DNA from: an uncultured Acidobacteriaceae bacterium
GTDB taxonomy: Bacteria > Acidobacteriota > Terriglobia > Terriglobales > Acidobacteriaceae
Reading direction: 5' to 3'
Length of the DNA: 64,000 nucleotides
Assembly: GCA_963771535.1 (NCBI GenBank)
Contig: CAVYTK010000004.1
Coordinates: 322,950-386,949, forward strand
In this document: positions 41,031-50,453 of the stretch, in pieces
Layout: every line of letters begins with the position of its first letter
Position numbering within the stretch: the stretch's first letter is position 1
Made by a program: the position numbers and the translations under genes
The notes under the pieces: generated by a model
Database searches by the model: none
What the model was told of the DNA's origin: nothing
The model's input: the letters and a program-made list of their open reading frames with translations, nothing else

Positions 41031-42702
41031 ATGAAGCGTATAGGTGTGCTGTTATGTTGCCTGTTGCCGCTGATGGCATGGGGGAGTCAACAATCCTCCA
41101 CCAGCCCTGACCCCCAACTCACCTCCCAACATAAGCAACTGCCGGGCGCGCCTACGCCCAGCAACGTGACGTATACGCTGCTGGCGTGGAGCGAGCTGGG
41201 AATGCATTGCATCGACGGCAAGGATTACTCGGTGTTTTCCGTTTTGCCGCCGTACAACGTGCTGCATGCGCAGTTGCTGCGCCGGGCCGAGCCGCCGGTC
41301 CCCATCACCAGCGGAGTCGTGATCACCTATAAGGCCAGTTTCGACGTTAATCGATCGCGCAATACGATCAGCTCGACTAAGACGAACTTCTGGAGCTATG
41401 TGCAGACGCTGTTCCACGTGAGTCCGCCGCCTGACCACGGCCTGAACGGCACTCCGGTACAGAGCAAGGGGCCCAATCCGCTGACCTATAACGCAACCCT
41501 GGGCTACTGGGAAGCGGCGGGAATTCCGACCATTCCTTATGACGACACGATGCAGAGCAACCCCTACCCGATGGTGACCGTCGAGGCGAGAGAGATCAGC
41601 ACCGGGGCCCTGCTGGCGACCGCTCCTGCCGTGCTGTCGGTGAGCGACGAGCTGACCTGCGGCAAATGTCACTCGTCCACCAGCGGCGACAACGACGCTA
41701 AACCGAAAAACGGATGGGAGAACGATCCCGATCCCAGCAAGGACATGAAGTTTAATATCCTGAAGAAGCACGATGACCGCTGGGACATCAGCTTCACCCT
41801 GCCCTACCTGCAACAGAATGGCTACAACTATCAGAACACGCTGTACGCCACGGCCAAAGGCGGAACGGCTGTTCTGTGCGCCGCCTGCCACGCAACCAAC
41901 GCGCTGGGCCTGACCGGAGTTCCCGGGGTGAGTGCCCTGACGGCGGATACGCACACTCTGCACGGACCGCAGATCAATTACGACAACGGCATCTCGCTGG
42001 ACAACCAGACTGATCCGCTCAACTCGTGCTACTTGTGTCATCCGGGAAAGGTCACGAAGTGCCAGCGCGGTCCCATGAACAAGGTGGCGTGCTTTGATTG
42101 TCACGGCAATCTCACCAAGGTTGGACAGAAGACCCGCGACGGATGGCTGGACGAACCCAGCTGCCAGATGTGTCATAACACCAGCCAGCGCGTATCTGAC
42201 TACCTTCGACGGCAATGGACAGTGGCGGCAGACCAGCGACCTGACGTTCGCTACCAATCCCGACAAGCCGTTGCCGGGCAAGAGCCTGTATCGCTATAGC
42301 TCGACGCATGGCGGAGTGTACTGTTCCGGCTGTCATGGCTCGCAGCACTCCGAATACCCCAGCTTGCAGGCGAACGACAACGTCTACAGTCAGCAAATCC
42401 AAACCTACACCGGCAAGCTGACGGAATGCAGTATTTGCCACACCAACGTCCCGGTGACTAACAATCAGGGGCCGCACGCGATGCATACCATCGGGCAGAG
42501 CTGGGTCAACGGGCATCCCCACTATGCAGAGAACGGGAAGTACACCGCCTGTGCCTACTGTCATGGATCGGATTACCGGGGATCATTCCTGTCGGCGACT
42601 CGCACCAATCGGACCTTCAATACGGAGAACGGGCAGAAGAACTTCACCGCAGGTCACCAGTTCTCCTGCTATGACTGCCACAACGGTCCAAACGGGGGAT
42701 AG
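41031..42702 (+). CDS. Secreted multiheme c-type cytochrome (nine CxxCH motifs), apparently frameshifted
   Basis: Signal peptide is MKRIGVLLCCLLPLMAWG. ORF 41031..42299 carries CGKCH, CAACH, CYLCH, CFDCH and CQMCH. ORF 42094..42702 carries CSGCH, CSICH, CAYCH and CYDCH. The frames join at ...CQMCHNTS|(S)AYLTTFDGNGQW... at about 42181-42195. Confidence 0.8.
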
Positions 42703-42737
42703 GACAAGCTAATTACGCAACCGGCACAGATGCACTC

Positions 42738-42766
42738 AGCCCGTCGTGACAGACGGGCTTTTTTTG
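42738..42766 (+). terminator. Rho-independent terminator
   Basis: AGCCCGTC-gtgaca-GACGGGCT is followed by TTTTTTTG, about 35 nt after the cytochrome stop. Confidence 0.75.
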
Positions 42767-42957
42767 TCGCGTCGCGTTTTGCATCTGTTGCACCCGGGTT
42801 GCAACTGTTTCTGCCTAGTCCCATTGACACCGGGAGCTAGTAGATTGCAACATCTACTCTGCGTTACAGCGGCTCTGACGGTCATCAGCTTCCTTGAAGT
42901 TCTGCTCTCCGTTGAGTACCACCTCCGAGTTTTCCGAAATACAAAGAGGAACCATCC

Positions 42958-44208
42958 TTGAAACTCGACCGACGTACCTGTCTCTCGCTTGCCCTGCTAC
43001 TGGGCTCCAGCGTTCTATGCAGTGCGGCCGACGCAAAATCGAAGCCGCAGACGCCCGCGACGCCCACGTATGTGATCGTTAACCAGGACCAGGGCTTTCC
43101 GTATCCCAATCAAGTTGCGATCTATGCGGCAGGCGGGACGGACACGGCACCCACGCTCACCCCGGTTGACCAGGTGTACACCGGTGGATTCGGCAGCTAC
43201 GGCGGATATTTTGGGACACCGCGAGTGGCCTCCGCCGCCAACGTGAACACCAACTGCGTGTATGTGTCGAACTCAGGCGACAACACCATCTCGGCGATGA
43301 CTTTGAATACGCTGGGGTTCGTGGGAACTTTCTCCGGTGGTGCTACCGACAACGGCACACCAGATGGCATCGGCATGGCAGTGAACGCGAATTATCTGTA
43401 TGCCGGGTATGGCGACTCGCAAAGCATCGCCGTGTTCAGCACCAGCGCGGGATGCGGGCTGACCTATCTGGAGAGCTTGCCCGCGGCGGGCGTGAACGGC
43501 GGTTCGCCAACCGGTATCGCTGCCAACAACAACATCCTGGTGGTGAGCTACGGCGATGGGTCCACTCAATCGTTTGACCTGACACACGGCCTGCCGTTAG
43601 CGAACAACGATCGGCGAAACTCGCGCGGCTTTGGCGGGCCCATCACCGGACTCAACTCTCCGCTGGGCAATATTCCCAACGGCGTCGATCTCAGCGCGGA
43701 TGGCAGGTGGGCGATTTTCGGTGACACTTCGACTTTGTCGCTGGTCGAGGTGGCCAGCCTGTTCACCCTGGCCCATCCTCAATTGGCTGCGACCAGGCCT
43801 TATTACAATCTGGGCACCGCGGTTGATGCCGGCGACGTAAGACTCAGTCCCGACGGCACCCTGCTTTACATGGTGAACAACGAGAGCGGGACGGTGACCG
43901 CCGCCTTCTTCAATACCGCGACCGGATTGCTCACCAAGGGCTGCACCTCTGCCCCGCTGAGGAACTTCAACTTCCTGCCCTGGTATGGACAGATCGCGAC
44001 CCGCGACACCACAGGCACGGGCAAGGTGCTGTATGTTGCCGAGTTCGGGCGGTACATCGATGAGAGTGGGCCGCCGTCGGCTGTGGGCATTCTGACCGTC
44101 ACGGTGAACGGCAATAGCTGCACGCTGACGGAGTCTGCGAATTCGCCGGTGGCTGTGCCGTTTGCCGGTGCTCTGTCACTGGGTGCGTATCCGCCGCGGC
44201 CTTATTGA
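42958..44208 (+). CDS. Secreted beta-propeller protein (lactonase/YVTN-like)
   Basis: TTG start with an AAGAGGA RBS 9 nt upstream. Signal peptide is KLDRRTCLSLALLLGSSVLCSAADA. Propeller strands include CVYVSNSGDNTISAM, YLYAGYGDSQSIAVF, ILVVSYGDGS, LLYMVNNESGTV and VLYVAEFG. Confidence 0.8.
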   Translation: MKLDRRTCLSLALLLGSSVLCSAADAKSKPQTPATPTYVIVNQDQGFPYPNQVAIYAAGGTDTAPTLTPVDQVYTGGFGSYGGYFGTPRVASAANVNTNCVYVSNSGDNTISAMTLNTLGFVGTFSGGATDNGTPDGIGMAVNANYLYAGYGDSQSIAVFSTSAGCGLTYLESLPAAGVNGGSPTGIAANNNILVVSYGDGSTQSFDLTHGLPLANNDRRNSRGFGGPITGLNSPLGNIPNGVDLSADGRWAIFGDTSTLSLVEVASLFTLAHPQLAATRPYYNLGTAVDAGDVRLSPDGTLLYMVNNESGTVTAAFFNTATGLLTKGCTSAPLRNFNFLPWYGQIATRDTTGTGKVLYVAEFGRYIDESGPPSAVGILTVTVNGNSCTLTESANSPVAVPFAGALSLGAYPPRPY

Positions 44209-44261
44209 GGGCGGGGCTTCATAGTGCTCGTGGATTTTTCCGGCGATAAAGGACTGAGGAT

Positions 44262-46016
44262 ATGAAGATGATTTCCAAGATTGGCATCATGGCGGGCGCT
44301 CTGCTCTGCGGATTATCGATGACGGCGGCGGCTCAAAATGTTTGTCCTACGCGGCCGACCTATGGCGACGAGGTGGTGAATCCGCCGGAAGTCTCCAGCA
44401 AGAATGGGAGCTTGACGCTGAACCTGGCGGAGAATAGTTCGTTTGGGCCCTCGCAGCAGGTTCGCTACTGCTACGTGTACAACAACGGCGCCCAGAATGT
44501 GGAAGCGCCTACGCTGCGGGTCAATCCCGGCGATCAGTTGAACATCAATTTCACCAACAACATCTCGGTTACGGGGTCCAAGCATCCGCTGAAGTCGCGA
44601 CATGCGCCTAACAAACCCATGGCCATGGGTGATCCCGAAGAGGCCAAAAAGACCGGCGATTTCTGTCAGGGCGGCATGGTGGACGCCACCACGACGAACA
44701 TCCATTTTCACGGGCTGAACATTCCGCCCACCTGTCATCAGGATGAAGTGATCAACACCATCATCCCCAACGGCGGCTCGCAGTTCCCGTACTCGACACA
44801 GATTCCGCCCGACGATCAGTTCGGGATGTACTGGTATCATCCCCATCCCCACGGGTTCTCGGCGCCGCAGGTTTTCGGCGGCGCGGCCGGAGCGATCATC
44901 ATCAACGGCAGCAATCAGTACACCCAGGGATTGCCGGAACGAATCATTGAAATCCGCAACAATGCTGACATGATCACCGATGAAGCGGACGGCCAGTTCT
45001 CGGTCAACTTTGTGCCGGCGAACTATCCGCGCAAACCTTTGCCGGTGATCAATACCATTCCCGGGCAAAAGGAATTCTGGCGAGTGCTGAACGCTTCGAC
45101 CAACGGCTTCCTGACGCTGCAGCTTTACACCGATCACTTGCTGCCCTTGCTGGTGGTTTCCATCGACGGCATTCCGCTGAATCCGCCGCAATCCATGACG
45201 ACGGTGACCATTCCCCCGGCGGCACGGGCGGAATTCGTAACCCCGGAGTTGCAGGCGGTCCATACCCAGCTACAGACCCAGGGATTCGATAGTGGCTCCA
45301 TCGGCGACCCGATGAAGCCGTGGACCTTGGCGAATGTGGTGGTCTCCTCGGGAAATGCCAGGAAAGAGCCGCCGAGAATGCCGCCTGCCGTGAAGCAGAC
45401 CCGGGTCGAGCGCTTCTCCGGTGTTGCCGGCAAGAAGCCCAACGTGCAGCGCAGTCTTTATTTTTCGGAAATCAATGTTGGCAGCAATGGGCCGGGACAG
45501 TTCTTCATCACCGTGCAGGGTCAGATACCGAAGGTGTTCGATGCTATGAATCCGCCCGCGATTGTGACCAAGGTGGGCAACATCGAGGACTGGACGGTTT
45601 CTAACCAGACGGCGGAGCCGCACGCCTTCCACATTCACCAGTTGCACTTCCTGGTGATGGCCATCGATGGAGTGCCACTGGCCAATCCTTATATGGCGGA
45701 CACGCTTACCATTCCGGAGTGGGCGGGCAGCGGACCTTATCACACGGCAACGCTGCGGATGGACTTCAGCGACCCGGGGATTGCCGGTACGTTCGTGTAT
45801 CACTGCCACATCCTGGACCACGAGGATGGAGGCATGATGGCGACGATTCAGGTCGAATCCGTAGAAGCGCGGGTATTTGCTTCAGGACGCGCGGCGGCTC
45901 CCCGTCGTGCGTTTTTGTTTGCTGCGGGTGGCGGGTGCGGACAGGCTTGCGGCGTTGGGGTGCCGAAATCCGTTAAGGTCCGGTGTCTCACAATGTGGGA
46001 TATGTGGCAGGACTAA
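44262..46016 (+). CDS. Multicopper oxidase (three-domain laccase/CueO-like)
   Basis: All four copper-ligand motifs are present: HFHGL, WYHPHPHG, HAFHIHQLHF and YHCHILDHEDGGMMA. Signal-like N-terminus is MKMISKIGIMAGALLCGLSMTAAAQ. An unusual roughly 55-aa tail follows the last Cu motif. Confidence 0.9.
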   Translation: MKMISKIGIMAGALLCGLSMTAAAQNVCPTRPTYGDEVVNPPEVSSKNGSLTLNLAENSSFGPSQQVRYCYVYNNGAQNVEAPTLRVNPGDQLNINFTNNISVTGSKHPLKSRHAPNKPMAMGDPEEAKKTGDFCQGGMVDATTTNIHFHGLNIPPTCHQDEVINTIIPNGGSQFPYSTQIPPDDQFGMYWYHPHPHGFSAPQVFGGAAGAIIINGSNQYTQGLPERIIEIRNNADMITDEADGQFSVNFVPANYPRKPLPVINTIPGQKEFWRVLNASTNGFLTLQLYTDHLLPLLVVSIDGIPLNPPQSMTTVTIPPAARAEFVTPELQAVHTQLQTQGFDSGSIGDPMKPWTLANVVVSSGNARKEPPRMPPAVKQTRVERFSGVAGKKPNVQRSLYFSEINVGSNGPGQFFITVQGQIPKVFDAMNPPAIVTKVGNIEDWTVSNQTAEPHAFHIHQLHFLVMAIDGVPLANPYMADTLTIPEWAGSGPYHTATLRMDFSDPGIAGTFVYHCHILDHEDGGMMATIQVESVEARVFASGRAAAPRRAFLFAAGGGCGQACGVGVPKSVKVRCLTMWDMWQD

Positions 46017-46420
46017 GGCCGTGTCCAGTCCTCGGTTCGGAGCTGCTTTAGCCGCCTTAGAGTGGCGTCATTGGTGACGAGGGTGGCTCCGGCAGCGATG
46101 GCGTGAGCTGCGATCATCAGGTCGAGATTGGCGATAGTGCGGCCGGTTCGCTCCAGGCTCGCACGCAGCTCGGCATAATGATGCGCCGCCTCAGAATCCC
46201 ACGGCAAAATGGCTACTCGCCACAGAAACTCCTCAACCGCGCGTTTGAGAGTTGTTGCTCCGGGTTTTTTGGCGATGCCAAACCGCAACTCCGCCTCCGT
46301 AATTACCGAGACAGCGACTTGCTCCGCCGGTACGTCCATTAAGTGCTGACGCGCGCGAGCCGGATGTCCCTTGACGATGTAGCTGACAGTGTTGGTATCC
46401 AGCACGTAGAGCGTCGGCAT
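46013..46420 (-). CDS. vapC: PIN-domain toxin VapC
   Basis: The sequence has the conserved acidic residues of PIN domains: [14 protein letters not shown]...SVITEAELRFG...DLMIAAHAIAAGATLVTND. Confidence 0.9.
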   Translation of the reverse strand: MPTLYVLDTNTVSYIVKGHPARARQHLMDVPAEQVAVSVITEAELRFGIAKKPGATTLKRAVEEFLWRVAILPWDSEAAHHYAELRASLERTGRTIANLDLMIAAHAIAAGATLVTNDATLRRLKQLRTEDWTRP

Positions 46421-46662
46421 CAGAACAGGTTGCGTTTTTGTGGAGGCGTCTTATCGCGGTCGGCCAGGAAATCCTCAGGAATATCGAGGGAGTCGACCAG
46501 GTCGAAGAACTCCTGCCAGGACGGGGGGCGCTGCGATAAAATGACGTCCCCGCTTCGAGGATCGCGCCGGACGTAGACTTCCGAGCCTTGGAAGCGAAAC
46601 TCTGCGGGCAGCCGCACTGCCTGGCTGCGTCCATTGCGGAAAATCTTTGCCGTGCTCGCCAT
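46420..46662 (-). CDS. vapB: AbrB/MazE/SpoVT-type antitoxin VapB
   Basis: Start moved to ATG 46662: [24 protein letters not shown] (swapped-hairpin motif). Its stop overlaps the vapC ATG (TGATG). Confidence 0.85.
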   Translation of the reverse strand: MASTAKIFRNGRSQAVRLPAEFRFQGSEVYVRRDPRSGDVILSQRPPSWQEFFDLVDSLDIPEDFLADRDKTPPQKRNLF

Positions 46663-46746
46663 GCGGGCGCTACCTCCCAAAGTGGTATATACCCATGATA
46701 GATGACATGGAAGACCGTGGCAAACGCTTGCTTCGGGGCGACCCGC

Positions 46747-46944
46747 CTATCCCATGCCCAGGTCTTCCGGCATCTCCAGCGGCGTGCCGCATTGGCGGCA
46801 GATGACGGCGGAGCAGTCGCCGCAGGTGAGCGGGTCATCGACCTCGCGCGCACAGGTCGGGCAATACAGCAGGGAAGAGCTGTGGCCGGATCCGTTGGTA
46901 GGGCGGTCGGGAGTTTGAGCCATGGATTCGGAAAACTGTAGCAT
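46747..46944 (-). CDS. Small zinc-ribbon-like protein
   Basis: 65 aa with CPTC...CGDC...CRQC spacing. An alternative start is ATG 46923 (MAQTPDRP). I recognise no family. Confidence 0.45.
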   Translation of the reverse strand: MLQFSESMAQTPDRPTNGSGHSSSLLYCPTCAREVDDPLTCGDCSAVICRQCGTPLEMPEDLGMG

Positions 46945-47102
46945 AGGAAACGGCTGTTGGCTTTTGGCTTTTCGCTTTTCGCTTTTCGAATTCGACCTAA
47001 CGTTCTTGCAGGTGGCAGTGATTTACGAAGTCAGAAGCAGTTTGGTCAACTCTGGCCAAGAGCCAAAGGCTAATAGCCAACAGCCGTACTTCCGGAGGAA
47101 CC

Positions 47103-47852
47103 ATGCCTGATTCCCGCACCAGCAGCGCCGACGAGCGTTTACGCCAGGAATTCAACCAATGGGCCGAGCAGGGCAAGGGCGAGGAGATGGAGCACCATCA
47201 CATCTCCATCACCGAGCAGACGCTGGCGATGATGCAACTCAAGCCCGGCAATAAGGTGCTTGACCTCGGCTGCGGCGCAGGTTGGGCGAGCCGTTTGATG
47301 GCGAAGACGGTGGATGATGCCGCGAACCCGGGACAGGTGATTGGGCTCGATGTTTCCGACGAGATGATTCGGCGCGCGCGGGCAAGCTCAACCGATTACG
47401 ACAACCTGATGTTCGTCGTCGGCTCGGCGCAGCAGATTCCCTGGGAAGAGAACTACTTCGACAAGGTGCTGTCGGTTGAGTCCTTCTATTACTACGCCGA
47501 TCAGGAGCGCGCGCTGGCCGAGCTTTTTCGCGTGATGGCGCCGCTGGGCGAGCTGTATATTCTCATCAATCTTTATAGCGACAACCACTACACGCTGGAG
47601 TGGCAGAAGCTGTTGCAGGTGCCGATCCACATGAAGTCCGAGCAGGAGTACGTTGATCTGTTGAAGGCGCATACCTTTGAAGACGTGCGTGCGGTGCGAG
47701 TGCCAGATTTGACGCCGACACCGGACGAGTACTCCGGGCGCTGGTTCAAGAACTCGGAAGAGCTGCGCGACTTCAAGCGCATTGGCGCGCTGTTGCTGAT
47801 CGCGCGGAAGCCGAATTTTCTTGTGCCGCCGCCGGCGATGCAGGTGTATTAG
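47103..47852 (+). CDS. Class I SAM-dependent methyltransferase
   Basis: Motif I is VLDLGCGAGWASRLM, and motif post-I/II (VIGLDVSDEMI, FDKVLSVESFYY) is also present. Confidence 0.9.
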   Translation: MPDSRTSSADERLRQEFNQWAEQGKGEEMEHHHISITEQTLAMMQLKPGNKVLDLGCGAGWASRLMAKTVDDAANPGQVIGLDVSDEMIRRARASSTDYDNLMFVVGSAQQIPWEENYFDKVLSVESFYYYADQERALAELFRVMAPLGELYILINLYSDNHYTLEWQKLLQVPIHMKSEQEYVDLLKAHTFEDVRAVRVPDLTPTPDEYSGRWFKNSEELRDFKRIGALLLIARKPNFLVPPPAMQVY

Positions 47853-47991
47853 GAGCTGCCAGCCGCCAGATGCCAGCGTTCCAGCACAATCTTTTCAAGA
47901 GAAGTCGTGGCTGGAGGCTAGTAGCTGGCGGCTGAATCCCCGGAACTTCTCGCCGGCCACTTCCGTATCTTTCTCCGAGGGACGAGCACCC

Positions 47992-48924
47992 ATGATTCGA
48001 CTTGAGAACCTCACCAAGGAATACGACGAGGTCGTGGCGGTTCGCGACGTGTCGATCGAGATACCCGAAGGCGAAATCTACGGCCTGATCGGGCCCAATG
48101 GCGCGGGAAAAACTACCATGCTGCGCATGTGCTGCGGCCTGCTGCCGGCGACCTCGGGACGCGTCGTGGTCAACGGCATCGACGTGCAGGGCGATCTCGA
48201 AGCGGCGCAATCCCAGATTGGCTATCTTGCCGACTTCTTCTCGGTCTACGACGATTTAAAAGTTTGGGAATATCTTGACTATTTCGCGCGCTCGTACCAG
48301 CTGGACTCGACGCTGGTGCCCGAACGGGTGAACGAGGTGATCGCCGCGATTGGTCTCGAGGTGAAACGCGATTCCATGGTGAAGGGCCTGTCGCGCGGCA
48401 TGAAGCAGCGGCTGGGCATTGGCCGCGCGGTGATCCATCGTCCCAAGGTGCTGCTGCTGGACGAGCCGGCCTCGGGTCTCGATCCCAAAGCGCGCTTCGA
48501 GCTGCGACAACTACTCAAGCGGCTGCGCGACCAGGGGGCGACCATCGTGGTTTCGTCGCACATCCTGCCTGACCTGGAAGATTTCAGCACATCGATCGGA
48601 GTGATGGAACGCGGCGTGATGCTGCGCAGCGGCCGCGTGGGCGAACTGCGCCACGAGGTAGAATCGGGCGACGCTCGCACCATCCATGTTAGTTGGGTCG
48701 GGCCGGGCACCCCGGTGGCCGAGCTGTTGCGCGCGCACGGACTGCTGCAACAGGCGGTGCTCCAGGAGCATGAAGGGGCGTTTCCGTTTCGCGGAGACGA
48801 CGAAGCGCTGAGCCAGTTGCTTTCGGAGATGACGTCTGCCGGACTGCGGCTCACCGGATTTCACGAAGTCAAACAGTCGGTCGAGGAACTGTATCTGAAA
48901 CTTTCTCACGGGCAGGTGATGTGA
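47992..48924 (+). CDS. ABC transporter ATP-binding protein (ABC-2/CcmA-like)
   Basis: Start moved to ATG 47992 (MIRLENLTKEY, RBS GAGGGA). Walker A is GPNGAGKTT, the signature is LSRGMKQRLGIGRA, and Walker B is LLLDEPASGLD. Its stop overlaps the next gene start (GTGATGTGATGATGG). Confidence 0.9.
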   Translation: MIRLENLTKEYDEVVAVRDVSIEIPEGEIYGLIGPNGAGKTTMLRMCCGLLPATSGRVVVNGIDVQGDLEAAQSQIGYLADFFSVYDDLKVWEYLDYFARSYQLDSTLVPERVNEVIAAIGLEVKRDSMVKGLSRGMKQRLGIGRAVIHRPKVLLLDEPASGLDPKARFELRQLLKRLRDQGATIVVSSHILPDLEDFSTSIGVMERGVMLRSGRVGELRHEVESGDARTIHVSWVGPGTPVAELLRAHGLLQQAVLQEHEGAFPFRGDDEALSQLLSEMTSAGLRLTGFHEVKQSVEELYLKLSHGQVM

Positions 48925-50445
48925 TGATGGCTCGCAATCCTGAATTGTTGCGCTACGTGCGTTCCGAGCTGCGGCCGGCGCGAGTTGCCGTCATCGTACT
49001 GTCCAGCTGGGCGGGCGCGCTGTTGATGGCGCTGTTTGTGTATCAGCAGAACGGGCAGCGGCTCGGCCCTGCTTATTGGAGCGACGTTTTCGGAGCCGTG
49101 TTTGTGGCAGCGTCGATCATCCTGGTGCTGTGGAGCCTGCTGAACGTTTCGCAATCGGTGGTGAGCGAGCGGACGCACCGCACCTTCGATTTCTGGCGCA
49201 CGACCCGCCTCTCGTCGGTCACGCTGGCCCTGGGAAAACTTTTCGGCGCACCGCTGGGTCCGTGGCTGTTGTATGGCAGTGCGTTTCCCGTGCTGCTGGT
49301 CACCGGGTTGATAGCACATTTTCGGCTGTCCGCCATTGTGGGATCGTACCTGGTTGTTGCGCTGTTCAACGTTGCGCTCAGCTCCATTGCACTGTGCGGA
49401 TCGGCACGCGCCCAGGATGCGCGCCGGGCCAACCTCTTCATGCTGGTGCTGGTAATCGCGCTGCTGCCCACGCTGAGTGTGAATTCCAACGCGCATCATC
49501 ATGCGGGGCTGGCGAGCGCCTGGAGCGCGATGGGTCCGGCGCTCGGTATTGCCGAATGGCTGCAAGGTACCATGCTTCGGGTGTCGCTCTTCGGTATGGC
49601 GGTTCCTTCGCTGCTGGTGACGGTGGTCTTGTTGCTGGCCATCATCGCCTGGTGCCTCGTGGCGCTGAAGCGCTGCATCAAGTTCGAGCCTGACCAGATT
49701 TCGTTATTCTCTCCGGCGCAGGTGGTCGGTGTGGCAGCGTCGGTTTTGCTGTTTGTCTATGCAGGATTCCGACCCATCGACGCGTTCATCACCGCTCCGA
49801 ACTTGGCGCCGGAGGACCTGGAAACTGCGCAGCTCACGCTGCAAAGCCTGGTGGCACTTGGCATCTCCGCGGCGGTCGGTTGCCTTTATTTCGCGGTGAG
49901 TGCCACGCTGCTGACGCGCGACAATCTTCGCCATGCACTGCGCAAGCGGACGCCGATGGACGTGGCGCTGCGCGCCGTGGCTCCGTGGCTGGCCACCGGC
50001 ATGGTGTCGCTGATTGCAGCCGTGCTGGCGCTCGTCGGCTATCGCCAAATGTTTGCCGGCGCGGTACCGCAGTGGTTCAGCCTGACCGCGATGTACCTCA
50101 GCGTGATGGCGTACGTGGTGCGCGATGGCATGTTCCTGCAATGGATGGTGAGCCAGAAGGTGAAGGCGCCCGTGTTGAAGGGCTCGGCCCTGCTGCTGTG
50201 CTACTACGTGGGCAGCGTGCTGGTGGCGGCGGCGTTGGCCGGACCGCAGAACATGGTCCAGATGCTGCGCTGGCTGGTGCCGTACGTCTCGGTGCCGGGG
50301 CAATTCGAGTCAGCCGCCAATTGGATGATTGTGCCTGTTGCTGGTGCCGCCGATTGCGACGGCTGCTTTGCTGGCCGCAGGCGTGTTTCGCACCATGCGG
50401 CGCACGGGCCAGACCACGACGGTGATGGCGGGCGTCCAGGGCTAG
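48921..50445 (+). CDS. Polytopic membrane protein translationally coupled to the ABC ATPase, apparent frameshift near the 3' end
   Basis: At least 10 hydrophobic segments. After ...ESAANWMIV the listed frame becomes Arg/Gly/His-rich out to 50702. Another frame gives LCLLLVPPIATAALLAAGVFRTMRRTGQTTTVMAGVQG* ending at TAG 50443-50445, 8 nt from the convergent gene stop. Confidence 0.6.
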
Positions 50446-50453
50446 GAACGCAG

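Noticed and set aside
41052-42281. 409-aa minus-strand ORF opposite the multiheme cytochrome
   Set aside because: It shows no motifs and is Arg/Gly/Val-rich. The plus strand carries nine CxxCH motifs and a signal peptide.
44313-45263. 316-aa minus-strand ORF opposite the multicopper oxidase
   Set aside because: It is a shadow ORF. The plus-strand frame contains all four copper-binding motifs.
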